Source of the DNA: an uncultured Chloroflexota bacterium
GTDB lineage: Bacteria; Chloroflexota; UBA11872
Direction of reading: 5' to 3'
DNA: 64,000 bases
Assembly: GCA_964422795.1 (NCBI GenBank)
Contig: CAYRCL010000034.1
Location: 3,499 to 67,498, forward strand
A model generated the notes under the pieces. The model worked only from the letters and a program-made list of their open reading frames with translations, had not been told where the DNA came from and searched no databases. Shown piece by piece: positions 50,821-61,830 of this stretch (position 1 is its first letter; the number at the start of each line of letters is the position of its first letter). The position numbers were made by a program, and so were the translations under genes.

Positions 50821-52217
50821 CACGCCACATCCTGCCAATACGGTTGGACCCATCCACGGTGCGCACAAACCTTGCGTACTTCCAACATTGCAGTGTAGGT
50901 AGCAAGAATGACTAGTCGTCGAGGAGTGCCAGCAAGCCCAACATCAAGAGCCGCCTCAATATCAGACTCAACCTCTAGACTCCCTCTTTCTGGCGCAACA
51001 CCTGCGTATTTCAACCGCAGGGCCAGATCCTGGCCACGCTTCCCTCCGACGACAATCCGACGCGGTGCAAGCCCATCAAAATCAACATCCCAAATCCATG
51101 ACACATCTTGCCCATCAGCAACACCATCGTTGAGAAGCATCAGCATGTCTAACGATGAGACCGTCGGACGAAGCAGTTCCAAAATTTGATTCGCTCCGGC
51201 AGGATTCTTGACGAGCAACAGCAGTATCTCTGTCTGCGACGTATCTATTGTTTCAGCCCGTCCAAATGTTGGATCCACCATCTCTACCGCGTGAGCAATA
51301 CCTTCGAGGTTAATCCCTTGTGCCAATCCAGCAGCGACAGCAGCAGCAACGTTATAGGAATTGTAGATTCCGGGAAGACGTGTTGTTATTCGTCTTTCAA
51401 GCTCTGGGGTCACTATTGTGAAATCGGACCCCTGCAATCCCCGCGACTGGAATGTCGTAACACGGACATCCGGATCAGGACGACAAAACTCGCAACGGCT
51501 GCACGTGTAACAGCCAAGGTGGGCATACACCACCCGGCTCCAGTTAAGACGGCCACCACACACGGGGCAACGCTTCGCGTCAGCCCAAGCATCCGGTTTG
51601 CCCTGTAAACCATCCACATCAAGACCAAAGAAAATCACTCGACCACGGTGCCTGCGGGCTACAGCCACAATGGTCGGATCGTCAGCATTGGCCACGATCG
51701 TCGATCGTCGATCAAGTTGGGTGACCGCCGAGGCCCACGCGGTGGCGGTGTGGTCAACTTCACCGTAACGATCAAGCTGATCACGAAACAGGTTCAGAAA
51801 CACTGCGATCGTCGGACTCGCGTCCGGCATTAATGCAGCAAACGCCGCCTCATCAACCTCAAACACACCGTGCAAGTCCTTGAAACCCCGTGTCCGACCA
51901 TCCCACGTGAGCCTCGGAAGCATGGCAGCAGCGAGGCCTCGCTCAAGATTAGATCCGGTCGGATTGCTAAGCACAGCTCGGCCATCAGTTTCGAGAAGGT
52001 GGCTCAACACCGCCGTCGTAGTCGTTTTCCCGTTAGTACCAGTTATTGCCACGCTTGAGGCGAGCCCTCTGAGGTTGACAACCACAAACGAAGGGTCAAT
52101 CGTGATGGACACTAAGCCACTGACGGCAGTACCACCCCCGATCCGAACCAAGCGCGAGAGCCACCCAACAAATCGGCCTGCCAAAACAGCAGCAAGACGG
52201 CGAACAAACATGCTCAA
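50820..52217 (-). CDS. murT: Lipid II isoglutaminyl synthase subunit MurT (Mur ligase plus DUF1727)
   Basis: TGTNGKTTT, FEVDE, NLFRDQLDRYGE, a Cys-rich insert, KNPAG, DVSWIWD and TYTA. Confidence 0.93.
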   Translation of the reverse strand: MSMFVRRLAAVLAGRFVGWLSRLVRIGGGTAVSGLVSITIDPSFVVVNLRGLASSVAITGTNGKTTTTAVLSHLLETDGRAVLSNPTGSNLERGLAAAMLPRLTWDGRTRGFKDLHGVFEVDEAAFAALMPDASPTIAVFLNLFRDQLDRYGEVDHTATAWASAVTQLDRRSTIVANADDPTIVAVARRHRGRVIFFGLDVDGLQGKPDAWADAKRCPVCGGRLNWSRVVYAHLGCYTCSRCEFCRPDPDVRVTTFQSRGLQGSDFTIVTPELERRITTRLPGIYNSYNVAAAVAAGLAQGINLEGIAHAVEMVDPTFGRAETIDTSQTEILLLLVKNPAGANQILELLRPTVSSLDMLMLLNDGVADGQDVSWIWDVDFDGLAPRRIVVGGKRGQDLALRLKYAGVAPERGSLEVESDIEAALDVGLAGTPRRLVILATYTAMLEVRKVCAHRGWVQPYWQDVA

Positions 52218-52252
52218 TTTTCCAGCGCGGATCTTACGAGCGCTACTCTTCT

Positions 52253-53110
52253 ATGATGAAAAGCCCCTCAATTAAGTCTCCAAACACACTGGAGGAGCTT
52301 ATACAGACTGTCCAAACCGCCTACAGTGCGGGCACACGAGTACGCGTCGTTGGTGGCAGCTCACTAACGATATTTGAACCATCGAGCGATCGAACTGCAC
52401 GCCACGTATCGACACAAAAGCTCAACACCTTCAAGGTAGTGCCTCGTGACTACGTCGCCTACGTAGACGCCGGTGTCGATCCAACCGCGCTTGAAACCGC
52501 TCTCAAGCCTTCAGGACTTGTTTGGCCACTACACCGAATCGAGGCACCACAGACAATCGGTGGCATGATCGCATCTGGACGAGCAACAACGATCGACCCA
52601 CTCGACGTGCCAGCGCGACGCTGGATACTGGGCGCTCGCGTGGTCGATGGAACAGGCAAGCTTCTAGCAGTCGGTGGGTCGACCGTTAAGAATTCAGTCG
52701 GGTACGGATTAACGCACGCACTGTGGGGCTCACGAGGCCATCTAGGAGCTATAACACAACTCACTTTACGCCTCAGAAACCGTCGCGAGGGCGACAAAAC
52801 AGCGATGGGCAGCATCGACGCATCGACCTTACAGATGGCCGTAGCACTTGTCTGCTGTGATGACCTCACGTCACACGATGCAACTCTGGCCCTTAACAAT
52901 CTTCCCCACGCATACAAGACCGCCACGTCGGATGACGAAACACGAGTCGTTGCCCTGTACAACGATCGAGATCAGGCCGAGTTTGACGCGAACGCTCTAT
53001 GCGCTAGAGGCGTTGAAGCCCGAGTCGACCCACCGCGCCATACGCCAACCGATTCGGTGCTTGTACAAGCCTCCAGATCCGCCATCGACCCAGCTGGTGT
53101 ATTCGCCTAG
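52253..53110 (+). CDS. FAD-binding oxidoreductase (GlcD/GlcE-like)
   Basis: [32 protein letters not shown] and a C-terminal DPAGVF. Confidence 0.82.
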   Translation: MMKSPSIKSPNTLEELIQTVQTAYSAGTRVRVVGGSSLTIFEPSSDRTARHVSTQKLNTFKVVPRDYVAYVDAGVDPTALETALKPSGLVWPLHRIEAPQTIGGMIASGRATTIDPLDVPARRWILGARVVDGTGKLLAVGGSTVKNSVGYGLTHALWGSRGHLGAITQLTLRLRNRREGDKTAMGSIDASTLQMAVALVCCDDLTSHDATLALNNLPHAYKTATSDDETRVVALYNDRDQAEFDANALCARGVEARVDPPRHTPTDSVLVQASRSAIDPAGVFA

Positions 53111-53196
53111 CCAGAGAGCAGAACACGACTTCCGAACAACGCAACGCGAACTCACGAGCGTCCGCCCAACAGGGTTGTCGCCTATACTCAACCCTT

Positions 53197-53272
<76 letters not shown>

Positions 53273-53367
53273 CAGAGTTACTCTTTTGGTTCTTCTAGAC
53301 CAACAGAACAATCCAGCAACTCGCTTAGGATTACCGATAAAGCACGGATAGGTACACGCGAACGCTC

Positions 53368-54540
53368 GTGACCGAACCACTGCCTGGTATCGCCATACGG
53401 GCCGGCAAGCTGTTCGCAGCTAACGACCGGACACTGCTTGACGACCCAGTAGTCATCGTACGCGGACCTCGAATTGAAGAAGTTGGCCCTTCGACCACTG
53501 TACCTATCGGACCTGACGACGCAGTCATAGACCTTCGGCCGTGCACCCTGCTACCGGGACTGATTGATGCGCATGTTCACCTGATGGGACAACACCCCAA
53601 GCATCAGCACCCCGGACCGATCGAGTACCGGGCAATCCGATCCACAAGACAGGTTGAGGACTTATTGAACGCCGGATTCACGACTATCCGAGACCTCGGA
53701 TCCCAGACTTCAGTCGCTCTAAAACGTGCGATTGACGACGGTGCCGTGCGTGGATCACGAATGCTGGCAGCGGGATACGCAATCGCTCGAACCAGTGGGC
53801 CATGGTTCGGCATGGAACCGTCGTGGCGATGGGTCCGACCAGCTGACGGCATCGACGCCTGTCGTCGCGCCGTGCGCCAATCAATCCTTGAAGGATCCAG
53901 TGTGATTAAGATCGGCACGTCGACCGGCCATGGCCAATCTGCTTGGGGCGAAGTTCCCACTTATAGCGTGCCAGAAGTTGAAGTCATCATGCACGAAGCC
54001 CATGCCTAGGGGCTTCGAGTCGCTGCACACGCTATGGGTACTCCTGGTGTTCGAAGTGCTGTGCTCGGCGGCGTTGATACGGTCGAACATGCATACAACA
54101 TCGACGACGACACTCTCGAACTCATCATCGAACGCGGCACCTTTTTAGTACCGACCCTTCGAGCACGAGCATTTCGAACCAGCGCTGAAGACCGGAGAAC
54201 CTATAAAGCCCAAGTCCGATCACTTCGGCAAGCGTACGATGCGGGCGCACGAATAGCCCTCGGAACCGACACCACTGGAGGATCCGAAATGCCACACGGG
54301 CATGAAAACGCCGTCGAGTTCAGTCTTATGGCTGAAACCATGAATCCGGCTGATGCTCTGCTAGCGGGGACTCGGGTAGCGGCCCAAGCCCTAGGCCTTG
54401 AATCTGAGGTCGGGACTGTTGAACCAGGAAAAGCCGCTGACCTTGTGGCTGTACGTGACAACCCACTGAATCGCATCGAATCACTTCAACACATCGAGTT
54501 TGTAATGCAAGGTGGACAGGTCATCCTCAGCCCACAATAA
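53368..54540 (+). pseudogene. Metal-dependent amidohydrolase (Xaa-Pro dipeptidase-like) interrupted by one in-frame TAG at 54007-54009
   Basis: PGLIDAHVH, GFTTIRDLG and IKI, then EAHA*GLRVAAHA, VEHA, GTD and GKAADLV, all in one frame. Confidence 0.85.
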
Positions 54541-54645
54541 AAACGAAATGTCGTCCATCGATAGTCCAACAACATCACAAAGACTACGCCTGTTCAACGA
54601 CAGCGAGCCATACACACTTCAGGACCTCGTCTTCGCGACCTTCAC

Positions 54646-55563
54646 CTAACGACTGCTATGCCTCGCAACAAATTTTTCAGCTTCCATCGCAGCCTGACAT
54701 CCTTCACCGGCCGCTGTGATCGCTTGCCGGAAATAATGGTCCTGCGCTTCCCCTGCCACAAACACTCCGTCAACACTCGTATGCATGTAGCGATCAGCCA
54801 GGATGTACCCGTCATCATCCATTTCCAGCCTGCCCTTAAAGAGTTCGGTGTTGGGGTAATGTCCGATAAACACGAACAATGCATCAGTCGTAAGCTCGTC
54901 CTGTACACCTGACTTAACATTACGAATCCCAATTGAGGTGACCACCTGATCACCACGCACGTCAGTTACCACCGAATCCCACAAGAACTCAATTTTGGGA
55001 TCCTTTTGCGCACGACCCTGTAGATACGGACCCGCTCTCAGTTCGTCACGTCTATGAACAACGGTTACTTTGGAAGCAAATCGGGTGAGAAATAGACCCT
55101 CTTGTAGCGCGCTATCCCCGCCCCCAACAACCGCAACGGGTTGGTCCCGAAAAAAAGCACCATCACATGTCGCACACACGGAGACACCCCGCCCCCAAAA
55201 CTCCTGCTCACCGGGCACATTCAGCAACTTGGGGCTAGCACCAGTCGCAACAATAACCGAACGTGCCTGGTATGTTCTGGATCCCCCAATCAATGAAAAT
55301 GGGGGACTTCGAAAATCCACTTCTGATATCTGATCCATCACCATCTCAGCCCCAAACCTCTCTGCTTGCGCACGCATACGTGCCGTGAGATCGGGCCCAG
55401 TGATTTCCTCAAATCCCGGGTAATTCTCGACATCGTTTGTCGTAGCAATTTGGCCACCAAATGCTTCGCCTGTAAGAACAAGAGTTGAAAGATTTGCACG
55501 CGCAGCATAGATCGCCGCCGTTAGCCCGGATGGGCCAGAACCGATAATCACGACATCATGCAT
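54646..55563 (-). CDS. trxB: Thioredoxin-disulfide reductase
   Basis: IIGSGPSG, GRGVSVCATCDG, VGGGDSA, HRRDELRA and RQAITAAG. Confidence 0.97.
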   Translation of the reverse strand: MHDVVIIGSGPSGLTAAIYAARANLSTLVLTGEAFGGQIATTNDVENYPGFEEITGPDLTARMRAQAERFGAEMVMDQISEVDFRSPPFSLIGGSRTYQARSVIVATGASPKLLNVPGEQEFWGRGVSVCATCDGAFFRDQPVAVVGGGDSALQEGLFLTRFASKVTVVHRRDELRAGPYLQGRAQKDPKIEFLWDSVVTDVRGDQVVTSIGIRNVKSGVQDELTTDALFVFIGHYPNTELFKGRLEMDDDGYILADRYMHTSVDGVFVAGEAQDHYFRQAITAAGEGCQAAMEAEKFVARHSSR

Positions 55564-55673
55564 TGAGCATTCTCGCAGGTGATATAAATCGTCTCGACTT
55601 CACTCTATGGTCGCATGTCATTACGCGCGGATGTAGGAACCTATGAGCACAATGGCAGTAATTTGAAAACAAT

Positions 55674-57158
55674 GTGCTCACTAGGATGAACCGAAGACAA
55701 CTCCTGTACATAGCTCCATCCTCAGGACTATGGGTTCTGCTCGCATCCTGCGGACCGCTACCCATCGATAAGCAGCGGACCTTCGAACCAACGGATACGA
55801 CCTACCTCAATAGCCGTGACCGTCAAATGACCGAAACGTCAAGCAGCGGATCAACAGCTACCGCAAGCCGCGCCGCTAGGCCTACACCAACCGTAACCTG
55901 GACTGTGACTCCCACTACAACTCCGAGAGCGACTCCCACCACAACTCCAAGGGCGACTCCCACCGCGACAGACATCACCATCCCTAACAACCCACGGTCG
56001 GTCAGAACGATCACCCCTGATTCATCACCCAAAGTAATCCGAGTGCCGCTTCGTATCGCAGTGAATCCACGATTCGCGAACCGATCGAGCACACCATTCG
56101 AATCCATAACAACACCTACCGAAATCAAGGCGGAAATCATCGACACGGGGCCTGCGGGACTGGAAAAGCTCAAAACGCTTGCATTAGCAGGCAACCTGCC
56201 AGACCTGCTTGTGGGAGTCCCAGGCGACACCATGTTCAACCTGGAAGCCTTCACCACTCTGTCACCCCTCGATGAAGCCCTGAACACAAAGCACGACTTT
56301 CTCGATGAAATGCTCGCCTTGGGAAAGCTCAACAGCCGTCTACTTGGCCTTCCTATGAGCGCGCATCCAACTTATTTACTCTTTAGTCGTGAACGATTCA
56401 CACGCGCGGGCGTGTACACCCCAGGATTCACCTTTCCCGAATTAGAAGAATCGGCTCGACGGCTAACCGACCGAGAAAGACACGAGTATGGATTCGGAGT
56501 CGTAGCCGGACTCCCCGAACTCGAAACAGTCGCACGATCGGCCGGCAGATTTCCCAAAAGTGGCCACGCCTTACAGGCCTGGCAGTGGTACATCGATCAG
56601 TGGCAGAAGATCCGGACATCACCACCGCCCAGCACCTGGGATGGCCGCGGCGATCCGGCCCATGCCTTAATTCGAGGCCGTGTAGCTACCATGATTGTGC
56701 ACGGCCGTGCTCTGGACCGCCTAATCCAACTTCCTGAAGAAGCCCGGACTGACTGGGATATTGCGCCGATGCCCGCCTGGCCTAACCTACAACGTCGCAT
56801 CCCGTTGTATACAACATTCATCGCTGCACCTGGGCCGACCCCTGAACAGGCCACATTACAGTTGGCGGCACAATTCGCTGGACCCGCACAGCCCCAAACC
56901 CTTAGTTATGGGACTCCGTCATGGATACCAGCACTCGCACCAGCTGCACGCAGCGCAAGGCTCGACTTGCAACACCTGCTCGAAGCACGATCAGCCTGGG
57001 TTCGACCAATGACCGACACCGCGACCTGGCGGACCAGAAACACAGTGCTAAATGCCGCTGTACATTCCAGTCTCACGTATGGTCACCCAGCAAGCCTGAT
57101 AGGCCCACAACTGAACAATGCACCGTACAACTCTGGCACATTTACTGTTCCGCGCTAA
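55674..57158 (+). CDS. Extracellular solute-binding lipoprotein (sugar ABC type) with a Thr/Pro linker
   Basis: MNRRQLL...LLASC signal (alternative start 55686), TP-rich linker, AGNLPDL, GRVATM and WDIAPMP. Confidence 0.78.
   Translation: MLTRMNRRQLLYIAPSSGLWVLLASCGPLPIDKQRTFEPTDTTYLNSRDRQMTETSSSGSTATASRAARPTPTVTWTVTPTTTPRATPTTTPRATPTATDITIPNNPRSVRTITPDSSPKVIRVPLRIAVNPRFANRSSTPFESITTPTEIKAEIIDTGPAGLEKLKTLALAGNLPDLLVGVPGDTMFNLEAFTTLSPLDEALNTKHDFLDEMLALGKLNSRLLGLPMSAHPTYLLFSRERFTRAGVYTPGFTFPELEESARRLTDRERHEYGFGVVAGLPELETVARSAGRFPKSGHALQAWQWYIDQWQKIRTSPPPSTWDGRGDPAHALIRGRVATMIVHGRALDRLIQLPEEARTDWDIAPMPAWPNLQRRIPLYTTFIAAPGPTPEQATLQLAAQFAGPAQPQTLSYGTPSWIPALAPAARSARLDLQHLLEARSAWVRPMTDTATWRTRNTVLNAAVHSSLTYGHPASLIGPQLNNAPYNSGTFTVPR
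55907..55964 (+). repeat. Intragenic 24-bp tandem repeat (about 2.4 copies, encoding TPTTTPRA)
   Basis: gactcccactacaactccgagagc / gactcccaccacaactccaagggc / gactcccacc. Confidence 0.85.
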
Positions 57159-57226
57159 CCGACGGGTACAGACCAATTCGACTCAGCCCGCTATCATCAA
57201 ACCGTTAGCTCACACGCCATATATTG

Positions 57227-58063
57227 ATGCCTGCAATCGCTATCCCTTGGGATCCAAACCTCCTTGCCTTTGGTCCGATCCGAATCACCTGGCATTCGCT
57301 ATTCGCGATCATCGGAATGCTGGTCGGCGTATGGGTGGCGCGTCGCCTCGGGCGCCGCACCTCAATCGCGGACGAGCAGGTCACGACTCTCGCATTCTGG
57401 GCTCTGGGAGGCGGTCTCGTAATGGCACGTCTTTTATATGTCGTTGACAACCTCGATAAATTCTCTGGCAACTGGATTCAAGTGCTTGCCTTCGCAAACG
57501 GTGGAATAACCGTATGGGGGGCTCCACTTGGCGGCACGCTCGCGGTCGCCGGAGCAGCCTGGTGGATGAAATTGAACGTGCCAACCGCGCTAGATATTGG
57601 CGCACCTGGGTTGATCCTGGGCATGGCCATAGGCCGAGTCGGAGACCTCATCAATGGCGAGCACTGGTCACTCCCAACAGATCTTTTCTGGGCAGTCTTC
57701 TACACCCACCCAAACACTGTTGGACAATCAACGCCAGTGCACCCGGCAACAACGTACGAATTGCTTGGGGATCTAATCCTTTTTGTGATCGCGCTTTTCT
57801 TCGCCCGTCGCCACATGAATCGGCTGTATGCCTTCTGGACCATACTGGCTGGCTACGCAACACTCCGATTCGGGCTTCAGTTCCTCCGCATCGACCAACC
57901 GGAGCACCTGTTTGGCCTCCAACAATCGCAATTTATCAGTGTGCTCGTCCTTCTCTTCTTCGTTGCCTGGCTAACCAATAGAATGCGCTATGCGCTAACT
58001 AGTTCAATAGACCCATCGCCAGTGAAATCAAGAAACGCAACTCCTCCAGAACCCGGGAAGTAG
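57227..58063 (+). CDS. lgt: Prolipoprotein diacylglyceryl transferase
   Basis: GPIRITWH, ARLLYV, GGI..WG, IGRVGDLINGE, HPATTYE and RF..QFLR. Confidence 0.93.
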   Translation: MPAIAIPWDPNLLAFGPIRITWHSLFAIIGMLVGVWVARRLGRRTSIADEQVTTLAFWALGGGLVMARLLYVVDNLDKFSGNWIQVLAFANGGITVWGAPLGGTLAVAGAAWWMKLNVPTALDIGAPGLILGMAIGRVGDLINGEHWSLPTDLFWAVFYTHPNTVGQSTPVHPATTYELLGDLILFVIALFFARRHMNRLYAFWTILAGYATLRFGLQFLRIDQPEHLFGLQQSQFISVLVLLFFVAWLTNRMRYALTSSIDPSPVKSRNATPPEPGK

Positions 58064-58312
58064 ATGTCCAAGTGCCAGCGGTAGAGTTGCGTGTATTAAC
58101 CGATTCATTACACCTTTTCGGCTTCACCAATCAACAAGCTGTTCCCACCCACACACATACGCCAGGCGGAATCCATCACGACCACAGTACATGCCTCGTC
58201 GTCACCGCCGTCTTCTTTGCATCCCCACAAACAACTTGCTTCGGCGCGACTTTCCCCAAAACGGACAGTCCTTATATCCGTGCACTATCTACGCATGTGC
58301 GACGATTACCCA

Positions 58313-60316
58313 ATGAGCCAATCATCTAACCCAACCCGCAACGCCGCGTTTCCATTCGCGGCAATAGTGGGACAGGACCGTATGCGACTGTCCCTCCTGT
58401 TAAATGCCGTAAACCCTAGCATCGGTGGCGTACTAATCCGCGGCGAGAGAGGCACTGCAAAATCGACGGCTGTCCGCGGCCTAGCCGCGGTTTTGCCGGA
58501 GATTCTAGTATCAACATGCCGGTACGGATGCGATCCCGACTCGCTGAACCTTTGTAACGAATGCCAGGCGAAACGTGAAAAGAATCTTGATATCGATTCG
58601 ACAACACGCCAAGTAAAGGTAATCGACCTTCCGGTATCAGCAACGGAAGATCGAGTCATCGGGACACTTGATCTCGAAGCTGCGTTATCTAGTGGTCGAC
58701 GTGAGTTCGAGCCAGGCCTACTGGCAGCCGCACATCGAGGTCTGCTTTACGTGGATGAAGTGAACCTGCTCGACGACCATCTTGTAGATACACTCCTCGA
58801 CAGCGCTGCATCAGGCATCAACCTCATCGAACGTGAGGGCGTGCAATATAAACACCCGTCGGAATACATCCTGATCGGAACTATGAATCCAGAGGAAGGG
58901 GACCTCCGACCACAACTCTTAGATCGATTTGGCTTAGCAGCTGAGATTCGGGGCGACTTGGACCCCATAGCGCGTGCTGAGATTGTCCGACGACGCATCG
59001 CATTTGAATCAGACGCCCGCGCCTACTTGCAGCAATGGGATCCATCAAGCAACGAACTTCGTGACCGCATAACGACGGCTCGCCAATTAATGCCCCAAGT
59101 AACGCTGAATGAAGAAATGTTAGCCCTGATCACACACATCGCCGTCGCCATGGATGTTGACGGACATCGTGCCGACATTGTGATGCACAAAACGTCGTCC
59201 ACCATCGCGGCTTGGGAAGGGCGCACCGATGTCACTCAAGATGACGTCCGACGAGCGGCTGAGATCGCACTGCCCCATCGGAGGCGTCGCGACCCATTCA
59301 CCCCGCCGCATCTCGACGACGATGAACTCGACCAAGCTATTCAATCCTTCGATGCAGGACGCAGCACGACCACCAATGAATCAGGTGAGAGCAACACGGA
59401 ACAAACCGCATCGACGAGCGGTGATGATGTGCCGACGTCTTCAAGCGAGCAAGCTCATCAAGCCAGCACTGCAACAAGCGACCGGCATATAGAAGGTGAT
59501 GTGAATCCCGACCCACCGAACCTAATTGCCCCCGAACGAATTTCCACCGCACGTCCAAAGGCAGGGCGTAGAACACAACATGAAGTTCAGGGCCGTCGTG
59601 GACGCTCCGTCCGAAGCCGACCTATGCAACCTGGAGATCCACCTGACGTCGCGATCATCGACACCATTCGCGTTGCCGCCCTGAGAGGGCTAACTAGCCG
59701 CCCGCTATCCATTACCCACGACGACATCCGCATTCGTCGGCGCATGCGAAAGATCGGAAACCTAATGCTTTTCGTCGTCGATGGATCGGGAAGCATGGCT
59801 GCCCAGCGCCGCATGCAGCTAACAAAGTCAGCTGTTCTTGGACTGCTTTCCGACGCCTATCAGCGCCGTGACCGAGTTGGTCTTGTGACCTTTCGAAAAA
59901 CGGAGGCTTATGAAACTGTCCCGCCCACAACAAGTCTAGATCTAGCACACGCACGCATGCGTGAACTTCCTACAGGAGGCCGCACACCGCTCGCCCACGG
60001 TCTTGACCTCGCACGCCGTGTCATCCTTCGTGAACGGTCACGCGATGCGGAGACACGGCCAATCGTGGTTCTCCTAACTGACGGCGTAGCAAATGTCGGC
60101 CTTAACGCCGGATCAGATCCGGTCGACGATGCACTACGTGCCGCACGTCGACTCGCACTCGACCATATCCCAAGTCTTGTGATTGACGCCGACCGCCGTC
60201 GCGCTCGTATTAGTCCATTACCCGAACTGGCTCGTTCCATGTCTGCCACCCACGTCCGCATTGAGGATCTCGCGTCCGGACAACTAACCAACCTAATCCG
60301 ACTAGCCACCGCATGA
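58313..60316 (+). CDS. Magnesium/cobalt chelatase ChlI/ChlD-type AAA+ subunit with a C-terminal VWA domain
   Basis: FPFAAIVGQ, GERGTAKST, YVDEVNLL, GTMNPEEG.LRPQLLDRFG, an acidic linker, MIDAS DGSGSM, GGRTPL and LTDG.AN. Confidence 0.92.
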   Translation: MSQSSNPTRNAAFPFAAIVGQDRMRLSLLLNAVNPSIGGVLIRGERGTAKSTAVRGLAAVLPEILVSTCRYGCDPDSLNLCNECQAKREKNLDIDSTTRQVKVIDLPVSATEDRVIGTLDLEAALSSGRREFEPGLLAAAHRGLLYVDEVNLLDDHLVDTLLDSAASGINLIEREGVQYKHPSEYILIGTMNPEEGDLRPQLLDRFGLAAEIRGDLDPIARAEIVRRRIAFESDARAYLQQWDPSSNELRDRITTARQLMPQVTLNEEMLALITHIAVAMDVDGHRADIVMHKTSSTIAAWEGRTDVTQDDVRRAAEIALPHRRRRDPFTPPHLDDDELDQAIQSFDAGRSTTTNESGESNTEQTASTSGDDVPTSSSEQAHQASTATSDRHIEGDVNPDPPNLIAPERISTARPKAGRRTQHEVQGRRGRSVRSRPMQPGDPPDVAIIDTIRVAALRGLTSRPLSITHDDIRIRRRMRKIGNLMLFVVDGSGSMAAQRRMQLTKSAVLGLLSDAYQRRDRVGLVTFRKTEAYETVPPTTSLDLAHARMRELPTGGRTPLAHGLDLARRVILRERSRDAETRPIVVLLTDGVANVGLNAGSDPVDDALRAARRLALDHIPSLVIDADRRRARISPLPELARSMSATHVRIEDLASGQLTNLIRLATA

Positions 60317-60355
60317 CATCGAGCCGACGACCGTAACCAATCAATTCACGACCGT

Positions 60356-61498
60356 CTAGACCGTACTAAGCACCGCCTCACGGTGGATAGCATAGGGATT
60401 CTCGCGCGTACTGAGAGGGAATTTGAGGACCTGCTGCGTCAGAGCCGCTTCGTGTATCCCCATCACCATCTCGATAACCCAACGCCCGTCGATTCCATCA
60501 CATATGGGACGACGTCTCTGATCCACCGCCTGAAGCAAGTCCCTCACCATGGCAGTGTGCAAGAGTTGAGCCAAATCAGCAGGCTCATTGGAATAAGCCT
60601 CACTATCCCATTGCAGTGGCTCAACCTCTACTGGCTCCCAATTGCTGTCAGCACTCGGATCATCTGCCGGACAACGATTAACAAGGATGGTCTGCTCCGA
60701 GGCCGGACCGCCCCCTCGCAGCGATATCATTCCCGCCGTCCCTCTAAGCTCGATCCCCATCGCCCGATGTCCTCCCTTGACAGCTCGAACCGAACTGAAT
60801 GTGCCAACGACGCCCCGACGAAACACAAAGGACGCAAAAATTTGGTCGCCTGCAATCGGACCAATACCCTCATTGCCCTCATGGACATCCGGAAAGCCGA
60901 CCGGTTGACCTGACTTAAACACATCCGCCTTAACGTGAATCGGATCGCCTGCAATCTGTCGCATCAAATCCATGAAATGCACGCCCAACACAGCCAGATC
61001 TTCGGCCCCACCTCGCCTATCATCGTTCTTCCCAGTCGTATGCATACTTACCAGGCGCCCAATTTCACCAGACTCAACCAACTCAATAACCCTCAGCACG
61101 TTAGGATCAACACGTCGCCGGTGGGCAATCTGGATTCGAGTACTCTTAGAATTTGCAGCTTCGATCACTTTGTCTGCTTCAGCTGGAGTACACACAAAAG
61201 GCTTCTCGCAATAGATCCCTCGCGCCCCAGCTTCAACAGCCGCCATTAGCATCTGGACGTGCATATCAGGTCGTCTTGTACACACGGTAACGAAGTCTGG
61301 CTCGACGGAGCGAAGCATCTCGCCATAGTCACCAAACGCCTCCGAGGCCCCAACTTCGTCTGCCTTCGCGCGCGCCGAATCAACGTCGACATCGGCAACC
61401 GCGATCACGTCAACTTCTGGGGTCAGCCCCCAAGCCCTATCGAGTCCATGACCATAATTCCCAAATCCAGTCGCACCAATCAATGCGGCCCTATACAC
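60356..61498 (-). CDS. Gfo/Idh/MocA family oxidoreductase
   Basis: YRAALIG, IYCEKP, IESGEIG and GVHFMD; GTG start after AAGGAGG. Confidence 0.9.
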   Translation of the reverse strand: MYRAALIGATGFGNYGHGLDRAWGLTPEVDVIAVADVDVDSARAKADEVGASEAFGDYGEMLRSVEPDFVTVCTRRPDMHVQMLMAAVEAGARGIYCEKPFVCTPAEADKVIEAANSKSTRIQIAHRRRVDPNVLRVIELVESGEIGRLVSMHTTGKNDDRRGGAEDLAVLGVHFMDLMRQIAGDPIHVKADVFKSGQPVGFPDVHEGNEGIGPIAGDQIFASFVFRRGVVGTFSSVRAVKGGHRAMGIELRGTAGMISLRGGGPASEQTILVNRCPADDPSADSNWEPVEVEPLQWDSEAYSNEPADLAQLLHTAMVRDLLQAVDQRRRPICDGIDGRWVIEMVMGIHEAALTQQVLKFPLSTRENPYAIHREAVLSTV

Positions 61499-61830
61499 AC
61501 GCCGCCTCCTTCTCAATACTCGAATACCCTTCGCACATTTCGAGCCCAGCATCCTCCGACGAGATTAACAGCTGACGCAACGACCACCGCCATCTATACC
61601 GATGACGAGATCCAGATTCGATTCCAGATGAACGTGGTTCGGAAAACACACCGAACGTTGATGCCCGCAGTAAACAAGGACTTTCGATGTGAATAGCCAC
61701 CTGCTCTGCTATCCCCTGAGAGAGCGATGGAACCACTAGGTAGTCTCCACCACGAACATCGCAACGCGTTATCTGGCAATACGAAAAGCCATGACGTCAC
61801 AAGTTGTATCAACGAAACCCAGAGCCAGGA

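Noticed and set aside
54007-54009. Genome-wide TAG reassignment
   Set aside because: Many intact genes (aroF, clpC, gatD, the GNAT, lgt) end at TAG at the expected length.
55907-55964. CRISPR-like or regulatory repeat
   Set aside because: It is an in-frame tandem duplication encoding a Thr/Pro linker, with no spacers or cas genes.
58064-58312. Cobalamin riboswitch upstream of the chelatase subunit
   Set aside because: No B12-box or GCCCCCGCAACTGT-like core is visible.
61499-61830. opcA remnant or small ORFs downstream of zwf
   Set aside because: There is no recognisable similarity in any frame, and the short ORFs lack an SD or motifs.
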